Assembly: GCA_965249225.1 (NCBI GenBank)
Contig: CBDFLT010000007.1
Location: 198,213 to 262,212, forward strand
DNA length: 64,000 bases
Direction of reading: 5' to 3'
Source of the DNA: Dehalococcoidia bacterium
GTDB lineage: Bacteria > Chloroflexota > Dehalococcoidia > Lucifugimonadales > G963668185
Part shown: positions 29,322 to 37,072 of the stretch, piece after piece
Numbering within the stretch: the first letter of the stretch is position 1
Layout: every line of letters starts with the position of its first letter
Made by a program: the position numbers and the translations under genes
Notes under the pieces: model-generated
The model's input: the letters and a program-made list of their open reading frames with translations, nothing else
The model's database searches: none
Told to the model about the DNA's origin: nothing

Positions 29322-30185
29322 ATGCCGCCCTGTACTTTCATAAAGGAATACCAATTGGACCGGCACCAGGGCTGGCTGAGAGTGAATATCACCTATGCAG
29401 GTAATATTCGGTTTCCGTTCTCTCAGCTAGTCAGAGCGGCCTTTCCTCAAATTGAAGTATGGCCTGAGTCTGGGGCTAGTGCAGTGGCCCTGATCTTAGA
29501 TTTGGAGGAGACTTTTCGGATAACACAGTCTGAGGATTTAGACCGCGAAACCTTTACGAAATTCCTAGATCTGCTCAAGAGACACATTGCCATTGATGAC
29601 TCCTTGGATGAGAGCCACGCGCTGGCTCCCCACAGTCTTCCCCCCGAAGGTGAAGAATGGAATCGTACTAGCATGGGGAAGCTGGTTAAAAAAGCTAAAT
29701 CTTATTACGGTGAGGCAGCTTACAAAGACAAACAAGCCGCCAAAGAGATTTGTATGCTCCTTCTCAATTTTATTAATAGCCATCCGCGCTACCGGAGGGC
29801 AGATATTCTGGTACCTGCTCCGTCATCGAATCCAGCAAGGACTAAAACGCTGTCATTAGCATTGTCAAAGGCCATCTCCAAGCGTCTAGAGAAACGTCTT
29901 GTCACACCCGTACGTCTAAAGCCGATACCACCGCAGAAAGACTATGAAGAGGGTACGTCTGGAGTTCCTCGTTCAGAAGTGCAGAAAGGCACAGTGGACA
30001 TCGCAGAGTCCATGCAAGGTAGCCACGCCATCATCATCGACGACCTTTATGATTCAGGTGAGACCCTTAAAGAGGTCGCTCGGGCGTGTCGCGAAGCTGG
30101 CGCAATGTCTGTGCTGGGTCTGACTGTGACTAAGAATGCTACGTTCACCCAGGGGATGGATCTAACGGAGTGGCCATGGGGATAG
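29322..30185 (+). CDS. ComF-like type I phosphoribosyltransferase with unrecognised ~150-aa N-terminal domain
   Basis: The C-terminal half reads ...RRADILVPAPSSNPARTKTLSLALSKAIS...GSHAIIIDDLYDSGETLKEVARACREAGAMSVLGLTVTK. It has the PRPP-binding loop (acidic pair + small residues + T) and ComFC-like layout. An in-frame TAA at 29283 fixes the ATG at 29322 as the only possible start. Confidence 0.75.
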   Translation: MPPCTFIKEYQLDRHQGWLRVNITYAGNIRFPFSQLVRAAFPQIEVWPESGASAVALILDLEETFRITQSEDLDRETFTKFLDLLKRHIAIDDSLDESHALAPHSLPPEGEEWNRTSMGKLVKKAKSYYGEAAYKDKQAAKEICMLLLNFINSHPRYRRADILVPAPSSNPARTKTLSLALSKAISKRLEKRLVTPVRLKPIPPQKDYEEGTSGVPRSEVQKGTVDIAESMQGSHAIIIDDLYDSGETLKEVARACREAGAMSVLGLTVTKNATFTQGMDLTEWPWG

Positions 30186-31183
30186 ATCAGAAACTATTCT
30201 GGCTGGGCCTGCATAAAGCACTCTCTCCACATCCGGCCCTTCTGCATATGGTAGGCATCGCATGCGAGAGTGACGTTACTCGTCTGGCTGAATTCACTGG
30301 AGCGGAGCTAGACGAATTGTTCGGGGAGGATGCCACTAAGATAGAGTCAGCTCTTGCTCGGGTGGAAGAGGCAACTAATGATTGGGAAGAGCTCAAAGAG
30401 AAAGGTGTGCAAGTCGTCCCGATTACCGATGCCAGATATCCCGAGAAGCTAAGGGAAATGCCAAGTTCCCCTCCCATCATTTATGTGCTAGGTAATCTTT
30501 CGTTCTCGAACCAACGTGCCATCAGCATATGTGGTTCAAGACACGTATCTGAAGAGGGGCTAGAGTTTGCTAAATCTTTTGGCTCTCTCGCAGCGGAACT
30601 TAACTTAGTTGTGGTGAGTGGTTTTGCAAGTGGCGTAGATACCGCTGCTCACTTGGGTGCCCTGGGGTCGAACGGGAGAACTATAATTGTACTGGCGGAA
30701 GGTATAAGCAATTTCCGATTGAAGAAACCGTTTAATACACTGGGCGATTTTTATGATCGAGCAGTGGTGATATCGGAGTTCTATCCCAAAAACATATGGC
30801 AAGTTTCAAGGGCGATGACCAGGAACAGAACCATATGTGGTCTTTCTGAAGCCTTGGTTGTTGTCGAAGCCGGTGCTCGCGGCGGAACTCTTGCGGCCGG
30901 GAGGGAATGTATTGAGCAGCGTAAACCGCTCCTAGTTGTAGAGCGATCTACGCCAGGAAAGACGGCTCCAGGAAATCGCACACTCATAAATGAAGGAGGG
31001 ATTGCATTACATGAATCGAGAGAGTTGAAGTCTGCACTTTCTGATATTTCCATGGGCTTGGAGTTGAATCACAGAGACCGGATCGGTCGTCCAGACAACT
31101 TAGAATCTCTATCTAATGTAGCTGTGGAGCGGCAGTTGGCTTTCAAAGAAAGTAAGCCTCAGGATAGCGAGTCGACCTACTAG
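30170..31183 (+). CDS. DprA/Smf-like (SLOG-fold) DNA-processing-family protein
   Basis: DprA Rossmann motifs: ISICGSRHVSEEG, LVVVSGFASGVDTAAHLGAL, TIIVLAEGI, MTRNRTICGLSEALVVVEAGARGGTLAAGRECIEQRKPLLVV. It overlaps the upstream ORF by 16 nt (ATGGCCATGGGGATAG). Confidence 0.8.
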   Translation: MAMGIDQKLFWLGLHKALSPHPALLHMVGIACESDVTRLAEFTGAELDELFGEDATKIESALARVEEATNDWEELKEKGVQVVPITDARYPEKLREMPSSPPIIYVLGNLSFSNQRAISICGSRHVSEEGLEFAKSFGSLAAELNLVVVSGFASGVDTAAHLGALGSNGRTIIVLAEGISNFRLKKPFNTLGDFYDRAVVISEFYPKNIWQVSRAMTRNRTICGLSEALVVVEAGARGGTLAAGRECIEQRKPLLVVERSTPGKTAPGNRTLINEGGIALHESRELKSALSDISMGLELNHRDRIGRPDNLESLSNVAVERQLAFKESKPQDSESTY

Positions 31184-31201
31184 CGTGATGCAGGATCAAC
31201 G

Positions 31202-31645
31202 ATGCCCACCATGAAATTTGAGATAGTCACTGCGGAGAGGGTTGTTTACTCCGATGACATCAACGTTCTCGTGGCGCCCGGCATCGATGGTGAGCTAGCG
31301 ATTCTGCCGCGTCACGCCCCGCTTCTCACCGTTCTCAAGCCGGGCGAAATTCGCGTGGTCAAAGACGGTGAAGAGACCTTCATGGCCGTAAGCGGCGGGT
31401 TCCTGGAGGTTTTGGGAAACAAGGTGGTCATTCTCGCCAACACCGCCGAGCGCGTCGATGAGATCAACCTCCAGCGTGCCGAGGAGGCGGTGCAGCATGC
31501 CCAGGAGCAGCTGGCCTCGGCTTCCGCAGATGAGGACCTCGAGCAGGCAATGGCGTCGCTCAGGAGGTCCCAGGCACGGGTGGCGGTGGCCCGACGCAGG
31601 GGACCTAGGAGGGAGAGAGGGCCGGGACCCGCACCTCCGGGATGA
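31202..31645 (+). CDS. atpC: F0F1 ATP synthase subunit epsilon
   Basis: MKFEIVTAERVVYSDDINVLVAPGIDGELAILPRHAPLLTVLKPGEIRV...SGGFLEV. It starts only 18 nt after the cassette stop. Confidence 0.9.
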   Translation: MPTMKFEIVTAERVVYSDDINVLVAPGIDGELAILPRHAPLLTVLKPGEIRVVKDGEETFMAVSGGFLEVLGNKVVILANTAERVDEINLQRAEEAVQHAQEQLASASADEDLEQAMASLRRSQARVAVARRRGPRRERGPGPAPPG

Positions 31646-31675
31646 CAGATCGCCAGAATCGGATCAGCATCTGCT

Positions 31676-31704
31676 AGCCCCGCCAACGCGGGGCTTTCCG
31701 TTTC
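31676..31704 (+). terminator. intrinsic terminator after atpC
   Basis: 8-bp stem agccccgc/gcggggct with loop caac, followed by ttccgtttc. Confidence 0.6.
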
Positions 31705-31708
31705 AATT

Positions 31709-32332
31709 CTACCGCGCTAGGTAGAAGGTCATGGACTGTAGGGACAGGACCGGATCGATGTTCCTCATGATGAAGTTTTCTGGTAGGTTCGGCGCGATAG
31801 GGGCGTAATTCAGAATACCGCGAATCTGACTTTCGGCCAGCCGGTCTATTACTGTCTGCGCCTCCGAGGAGGGGACCGCAATGATGCCGATGCTGATGTT
31901 TTTCTCCACGGCCGTTTGGTTGAGTTCCGACATAGGTTGAACCCGCAGGCTGCCAATGGTGCTGTTTACCTGTTTTGGATCGCTGTCGAAAGCGGCGACG
32001 ATCCTGAATCCCTCCGGGGAGAAGCCGGGGTAGTTGATGATGGCTCTACCTAGGCGCCCCACTCCCACAAGGCACGCATACCACTCACGGTCCAGGGCCA
32101 GGATACGCCTTAGCTCCTCCTTCAGAAACTGAACGTTGTAACCTCTGCCCTGCTTGCCGAATCTTCCGAAGTAGCTCAGGTCTTTCCTGATCTGAGCAGA
32201 GGTCATCTGGAGTCGCTTCCCAAGCTGCTGGGAGCTAACCACTTGGTCTCCCTCTGAGAGAAGCTGTGTCAGGGCCCTAACATATAGAGGCAGCCTGAGA
32301 ACAACCACTTGAGGGACTTCGACGCGAGCCAT
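31709..32332 (-). CDS. rex: redox-sensing transcriptional repressor Rex
   Basis: LRLPLYVRAL...SSQQLGKRLQMTSAQIRKDLSYFGRFGKQGRGY and the Rossmann motif LVGVGRLGRAI. Confidence 0.9.
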   Translation of the reverse strand: MARVEVPQVVVLRLPLYVRALTQLLSEGDQVVSSQQLGKRLQMTSAQIRKDLSYFGRFGKQGRGYNVQFLKEELRRILALDREWYACLVGVGRLGRAIINYPGFSPEGFRIVAAFDSDPKQVNSTIGSLRVQPMSELNQTAVEKNISIGIIAVPSSEAQTVIDRLAESQIRGILNYAPIAPNLPENFIMRNIDPVLSLQSMTFYLAR

Positions 32333-32604
32333 TGACCTCCTCTACTACCACGCTTTACCTGTGAGTGCTTTGGGCCTCTACTCGATGAAGCCGCCACCTC
32401 GAACCCACTTTAGGGGAGAAGGCGTGGCTATTTTAGTTGTTGGAAATCACTGCGTCAATTTTGTGTGAAGCTTGTAACTACCTGGTGCCACGCCGCCGTG
32501 ATTAGGAGACCGCCGATGCGCATCGTTAGGCCGAAGGGCAAGGCGTCTTGTCCGTCGAACCTGCGGCGATAATCCCAAGGCCCTCGCCGCACCGTGCTGC
32601 TTGG

Positions 32605-32634
32605 TTGACACGCCCCTGCCCAAAATGCTAATAT
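32605..32634 (+). promoter_or_regulatory. sigma70-like promoter upstream of citrate synthase (TTGACA-18 nt-TAATAT)
   Basis: ttgaca at 32605-32610 and taatat at 32629-32634, about 145 nt upstream of the ATG at 32778. Confidence 0.4.
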
Positions 32635-32777
32635 TGCCACGCCCTCGCCGTTGCTAGGTAACTGGGGGAGCATCGTCGAGCTTCCACGTTAAAGCTGGCC
32701 TGTGGGTAGTTCGTACCTTCTTTCAACTGTCCAGATGGCGCAGGGAGAGGCACCGAATCAGGACGGAGAGCAGGAAG

Positions 32778-33920
32778 ATGGCGGGAGAAGAGAAGGTCGA
32801 GCTCCATCGGGGCCTTCGAGATATCTATATCGATCGGACTGAGTCCAGCCACATAGACGGTGCGTCGGGCAAGCTCCTCTATCGTGGGTACACTATCCAC
32901 GACCTCGCTCAAAACTCTACCTTCGAAGAGGTCGTCTACCTACTGCTTTACGGCTCTCTTCCGACTACCAGCCAGCTCGAGCGATTTGATGCCGAGCTGA
33001 AAGCTAATAGAGAGCTGCCGGCCCAGGTCTTCGAGGTAATCCACCTAGTCAAGGACGCGCATCCAATGGATGTCCTGCGTACCGCCGTCTCAGCCCTCTC
33101 CGCCTTCGATCCCGATGTGTCCGATAACTCGTTGGAAGCCACCCGTAGCAAGGGAATCCGTCTAACAGCCAAGGCTCCCACGGTGGTTGCCGCTCACGCC
33201 AGGATACGCGACGGCCAGGAGACGATCGCGCCCGACGGAAGCCTCGGGCATGCGGCCAATTTTTTGAATATGCTTCTCGGAGAGGCCCCGGACCCTGAGG
33301 ATGCTGCGCTGATGGACAAGGACTTTGTACTTCACGCCGAGCATGGGGTAAACGCTTCGTCTTTTGCCGCGCGCGTCGCCGCATCCACTCTGGCCGATCT
33401 TCATAGCGCCGTCGCCGCAGCTATCGCAGTCCTCAAGGGGCCATCTCACGGAGGCTCCGCCGAGGGAGTGATGAAGATGGCGCTGCAGATCGGTGATGAG
33501 GCCAATGCTGAGCCGTACGTAAAAAACCTTCTGAAGAACGGCGGCAGAGTGATGGGATTCGGACACCGGGTCTACAAGTCCGCCGACCCCAGGGCCAAGC
33601 ATTTGAAGGAAGGGACCAAGGCGCTGGGAGAGCGCAAAAACCAGCCTGGGTGGTTTTCCATTCTCCAGGCTGTCGCCAGGGTGATGGAGCCGTACGAGGA
33701 GCGTGGCATCTACGAGAACGTGGACTTCTGGTCTGGTGCCATGTACTACCTTCTGGGAATTCCCGACGACATCTTCATCTCTATCTTCGCGATGGGACGC
33801 ATACCGGGGTGGACCGTGCAGGTCACCGAGCAGTTTCAGAACAACATCCTCCTGCGGCCCAGGTTGCTTTACGTGGGCCCCATGGACCTCGAATACAAAC
33901 CGATTGAGCAGCGCTCCTGA
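32778..33920 (+). CDS. gltA: citrate synthase (type I, ~380 aa)
   Basis: LYRGYTIHDLA..., HAEHGVNASSFAARV, GPSHGGSAE, GFGHRVYKSADPRA catalytic His/Asp contexts. Confidence 0.9.
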   Translation: MAGEEKVELHRGLRDIYIDRTESSHIDGASGKLLYRGYTIHDLAQNSTFEEVVYLLLYGSLPTTSQLERFDAELKANRELPAQVFEVIHLVKDAHPMDVLRTAVSALSAFDPDVSDNSLEATRSKGIRLTAKAPTVVAAHARIRDGQETIAPDGSLGHAANFLNMLLGEAPDPEDAALMDKDFVLHAEHGVNASSFAARVAASTLADLHSAVAAAIAVLKGPSHGGSAEGVMKMALQIGDEANAEPYVKNLLKNGGRVMGFGHRVYKSADPRAKHLKEGTKALGERKNQPGWFSILQAVARVMEPYEERGIYENVDFWSGAMYYLLGIPDDIFISIFAMGRIPGWTVQVTEQFQNNILLRPRLLYVGPMDLEYKPIEQRS

Positions 33921-33944
33921 CTGTAGGATTGTCGGAGGACCTCA

Positions 33945-34163
33945 ATGGCTTACTCTTTTGAAAAGGGACCGGCCGTGAGCGAACAGGATGCAATGGACTT
34001 GGAATGTAATCATCACTGGCTGATCGCGAGCCCCAACGGGCCCACCAGCCAGGGACGGTGCAAGCTGTGCGGTCAGCATGCGAATTTCAATAACTCGTTC
34101 GCGGAGACCGGCTGGGACGGAAACGGCGCGCATCGCAGGCGCGTGGGGCAGGTCCGAAAGTGA
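33945..34163 (+). CDS. small Cys/His-containing hypothetical protein (72 aa)
   Basis: GGAGGA lies 5 nt upstream of the ATG. The sequence has C-x-HH...CxxC spacing (ECNHHW...GRCKLCG), suggesting a zinc-binding mini-protein. No family is recognised. Confidence 0.45.
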   Translation: MAYSFEKGPAVSEQDAMDLECNHHWLIASPNGPTSQGRCKLCGQHANFNNSFAETGWDGNGAHRRRVGQVRK

Positions 34164-34255
34164 GCGTCGGATAGCTCTGCTGACCGAGCCCAGAACAGAC
34201 ACTGGAAGCAGCTGCAAGAACAGCTTGTGGCCGCCTGCTCCATGATCCTCGCCCC

Positions 34256-35512
34256 ATGTCGACACAGCACCGCACCGTAAACACCGCTGCAGAAGATGAG
34301 ATCAGGGCTAGGATCGCCTCGTCAGGCAGGATAACCTTCGCCGAGTTCCAGGAACTGGCCCTGTATCACCCGAACGGCGGGTACTACGCGGCTCAGCGCG
34401 CGGTGGGCGCTGAAGGCGATTACTTTACCAGTCCAACCGCGCACCCAGCCTTCAGTGCGCTGATGGCCGTACAGGCCCGACGCATGTGGCAACTCCTGGG
34501 GCGGCCCTCTCCTTTCACTCTCGTTGAAATAGGCGCGGGTGGCGGCCTCATGGCGCGAGACCTGCAGAACTACGCCTCCACGCTGGATGCTGCGTTCTGC
34601 GATTCGCTTCGGTACATCGGGCTGGAAAGATACAGTGTCGACGGCTTCTCCGTCCGGCAGACGCCAATCCCGCAGCGCATAGTGGCCGAAACCGTACCGT
34701 TGAATAGGGTCGTGGGGTGCGTTTTCTCCAACGAACTGGTGGACGCGTTTCCGGTCCATCGCTTTGAGATCCAGGACGGTACGGTGAGGGAGGTCTATGT
34801 GACCGCTCAGGGCGCCGGGTTCACCGAGGTGCTGGGCGAGCCGTCCACGCCGCTTCTTGAGAGGCGCCTGGAGCGGCTTAACTTTGAGCTACCCGAGGGT
34901 TCCCGTGGAGAGGTAAACCTGGGCATCAAACCTTGGATGAGCGAAGTGGCGAGCTCTCTGGGAAGGGGCTTCGTTATCACGGTCGACTACGGCTTCGAGG
35001 CGCGAGACCTGTACTCGCCGGAAAGGTCGAAAGGAACTATCCAAACGTACTTCCGCCACACGCCTGGGGGCAGTCCGTACCAACGCGTAGGCCGCCAGGA
35101 CATCACCGCCTTCGTCGACTTTTCAGAGATCGTTACAGAAGGCGAGTCCGTGGGACTCCGGCCCATAGCGCTGATGAGCCAGGCCCGTTTTCTAAGAAGC
35201 CTGGGATTCGACCGAATGCTGGAACGCCTGGGACAGCGGCAGCTCGAATCCGTCGAATTCTCCGCGAACCGCGAGGCCATGCTGGAAATCATCAAGCCAG
35301 AGGGTCTCGGTGGATTCAAAGTGCTGGTCCAGGAGCGGGACACCGGTGTGGAAGCCGCCGAACAGATCGCGCCTGCTAGCGGCGATGTTGCTGCCCTCGA
35401 GGTCCCCCTGTTGGGTCCAGATCACCTGCCTCTGATGGAGGGGCGTTTCCCTCGCACGGCGTGGGAGCTGGAGCATCTGTGGCCACCGGAAGAGGACTGG
35501 CCTGGGAAATGA
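34256..35512 (+). CDS. MidA/NDUFAF7-family (DUF185) SAM-dependent methyltransferase
   Basis: ITFAEFQELALYHPNGGYY...GDYFTSPTAHPAF...LVEIGAGGG...SNELVDAFPVHRF. Confidence 0.8.
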   Translation: MSTQHRTVNTAAEDEIRARIASSGRITFAEFQELALYHPNGGYYAAQRAVGAEGDYFTSPTAHPAFSALMAVQARRMWQLLGRPSPFTLVEIGAGGGLMARDLQNYASTLDAAFCDSLRYIGLERYSVDGFSVRQTPIPQRIVAETVPLNRVVGCVFSNELVDAFPVHRFEIQDGTVREVYVTAQGAGFTEVLGEPSTPLLERRLERLNFELPEGSRGEVNLGIKPWMSEVASSLGRGFVITVDYGFEARDLYSPERSKGTIQTYFRHTPGGSPYQRVGRQDITAFVDFSEIVTEGESVGLRPIALMSQARFLRSLGFDRMLERLGQRQLESVEFSANREAMLEIIKPEGLGGFKVLVQERDTGVEAAEQIAPASGDVAALEVPLLGPDHLPLMEGRFPRTAWELEHLWPPEEDWPGK

Positions 35513-35600
35513 GCGTAGTCGTTCCCGCCCGCCCCGGACCGCATCCGGTCCTTCCTTAAGAAAGAAGGCTCACTAGTGTAGTCGGGATCTGCGGTATGTC

Positions 35601-36452
35601 CTAGGCGGCCTCGCTATCGTCTCCGTTGTCGGCCTCTTCCGCCGGGTGCGTCGGCTCACACTTTCGCGCCGTGGTGATGAACCCCGTGTGTCCTACCATA
35701 CGGTGGTTCGGCCGAATGGTGCGGGCACCCACCGTCCATGGCCGCATCAAGACCTCGTGAGTCTCGATCACGTCGAAGGCCTGCTCCTTCAGGGCGAGGG
35801 TAAAGTCGCGCACCTGCATCACCGTTGGCAGGAATCCCAGGATTATTCCACCCGGCACCAGCGCCTCCGACGCGTGGGGGACAACGTGCCACGGCTCGGC
35901 TAGATCGAGCACGATCCTGTCCAGGTCCCTTTCCTCGAAGCCCTCATACACGTCCCCAAGCTTGACGGTGAGGTTCTGATGCTCCGGGTGCATGGCGCTG
36001 ATATTGCTCATAGCCCGGTCGATCATGTCGCTACGCACATCGTAGGAAGTGACCGATCCTCGGTCGCCCACGGCGCGCAGCAGAGTGATGGTCACCGCCC
36101 CTGAGCCGGTTCCGGCCTCCAGCACCCTGGCTCCGGGAAAGATGTCCCCATAAATGAGGATCGCCCCCAGGTCCTTAGGGTATACGACGGTGGCGATGCG
36201 GGGCATGTCCCTCGTAAAGTCCCCCAACGTAGGCTTCAGCGCCAGCAGCCGGTGGCCCTGCGCGGTCTTCACTCTCGACCCCACGTCTCGGCCGATGAGG
36301 TCGGTGTGAGGAAAGTTGCCTAGGTGTGAGTGGAAGGCGCCTGAGGACTTAAGTTGGACCAGGTATCTCCGCCCTCGGCGGTCAATTATCAGGGCGAAGT
36401 CACCCTCCTTGAAGATGTGTCTGGAGGACATTTCGGGACCGCTTCTAGACAC
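35601..36452 (-). CDS. trmI: tRNA (adenine-N1)-methyltransferase TrmI/Gcd14 family
   Basis: FKEGDFALIIDRRGRRYLVQL...H.G.F.H.DLIG and the SAM motif VLEAGTGSGAVT. Confidence 0.8.
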   Translation of the reverse strand: MSRSGPEMSSRHIFKEGDFALIIDRRGRRYLVQLKSSGAFHSHLGNFPHTDLIGRDVGSRVKTAQGHRLLALKPTLGDFTRDMPRIATVVYPKDLGAILIYGDIFPGARVLEAGTGSGAVTITLLRAVGDRGSVTSYDVRSDMIDRAMSNISAMHPEHQNLTVKLGDVYEGFEERDLDRIVLDLAEPWHVVPHASEALVPGGIILGFLPTVMQVRDFTLALKEQAFDVIETHEVLMRPWTVGARTIRPNHRMVGHTGFITTARKCEPTHPAEEADNGDDSEAA

Positions 36453-36476
36453 TCAAACGTGGTCGCACAACGGGTC

Positions 36477-36935
36477 CTACAAACCGCTGACGCGGGCCAG
36501 GACATCGGCGACGTCGAGATAGGACGCTGAGCGATAGACCCTTCTGAAGCGCACGATGCCATCCCTGTCGATAATGAACACGGCCCGCTTGGACACGCCG
36601 GTTTCCTGGTCAAATATGTCGTAAAGCTGGGCCACCTGACCGTGAGGGTAGAAGTCGGACAGAAGAGGGTAGGGCAGGCTGCCCAGGGAGGTCGCATAGG
36701 CGGCCTGTACCGGCTGTGGGTCTGTGCTTATACCCAGGACCTGGGCATCCTTCTCCTTGAACTTCCGGTTCGCCGCTCGGAACAAGGAGACCTGGTCCGT
36801 TCAGCCGCTTGTAAACGACGAGATGTGGAACGAAAGGACGACGTTCTTGTCGCCTTGGAATTGGCTGAGGGACACGTCTTTGTTAGTGTGCGAGGGCACC
36901 GTGAAGTCGGGCGCCGGTTCTCCTACGTCGACCAT
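36477..36935 (-). CDS. AhpE/Prx-like peroxiredoxin with in-frame UGA at the peroxidatic Cys position (putative selenoprotein; alternatively a pseudogene)
   Basis: Own translation from ATG 36935 (AAGGAGGA 6 nt upstream): MVDVGEPAPDFTVPSHTNKDVSLSQFQGDKNVVLSFHISSFTSG-[TGA 36803-36801]-TDQVSLFRAANRKFKEKDAQVLGISTD... This continues in frame into track ORF 36477..36785. The TGA sits in the T-x-x-C motif. Confidence 0.65.
36752..36790 (-). promoter_or_regulatory. SECIS-like stem-loop 10 nt downstream of the peroxiredoxin UGA
   Basis: TCTCCTTG-TTCCG-[AGCGGCGAAC]-CGGAA-(GTT bulge)-CAAGGAGA. This gives 13 bp, with the apical loop at +24..+33 from the UGA and a G as the second loop nucleotide. Confidence 0.5.
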
Positions 36936-37072
36936 AAGATTCCTCCTTCTAAGAGCGCGACGGTAATTTGAGGGGCCGAGGAATTACTCTATCGATGGCG
37001 AACCAAGGCCGCTCCCTGCGGCCAAGATACACCACCGGCAGGACACGATGGAACCCTCTTCCGGGCGTTCCG

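Larger units (their letters stand above)
29160..31200 (+). other. AT-richer ~2 kb insertion between atpD and atpC carrying a two-gene accessory cassette
   Basis: Hand counts of 60-nt lines give mostly 42-50% GC inside, against 57-62% in the flanking atp genes. Codons rare in the host (AGA, TTA, ATA, AAT) are frequent. It interrupts the otherwise contiguous atp operon. Confidence 0.75.

Noticed and set aside
29210-29404. 64-aa ORF in the atpD-cassette spacer, overlapping the PRTase start. It could be a possible third small component.
   Set aside because: It has no recognisable motif, a poorly spaced RBS, and an 83-nt out-of-frame overlap with the PRTase gene, and it would contain the predicted promoter. 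It is kept only as a remote possibility.
29149-31197. Imperfect direct repeat GTGAT-N4-GATC at both cassette borders (29149-29161 and 31185-31197), considered as a possible target-site duplication.
   Set aside because: Only 9 of 13 positions match, and the repeat is short enough to occur by chance. No integrase, transposase or inverted terminal repeats accompany it.
32461-32478. TTGTGTGAAGCTTGTAAC, considered as a Rex operator in the rex-gltA intergenic region.
   Set aside because: Only one half-site (TGTGAA) resembles the TTGTGAA-N-TTCACAA consensus, and the second half is not the palindromic partner.
32455-32912. Minus-strand ORFs 32455..32673 and 32628..32912, upstream of or overlapping the citrate synthase start.
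   Set aside because: They overlap the gltA promoter and N-terminus, and no motifs or RBS are evident.
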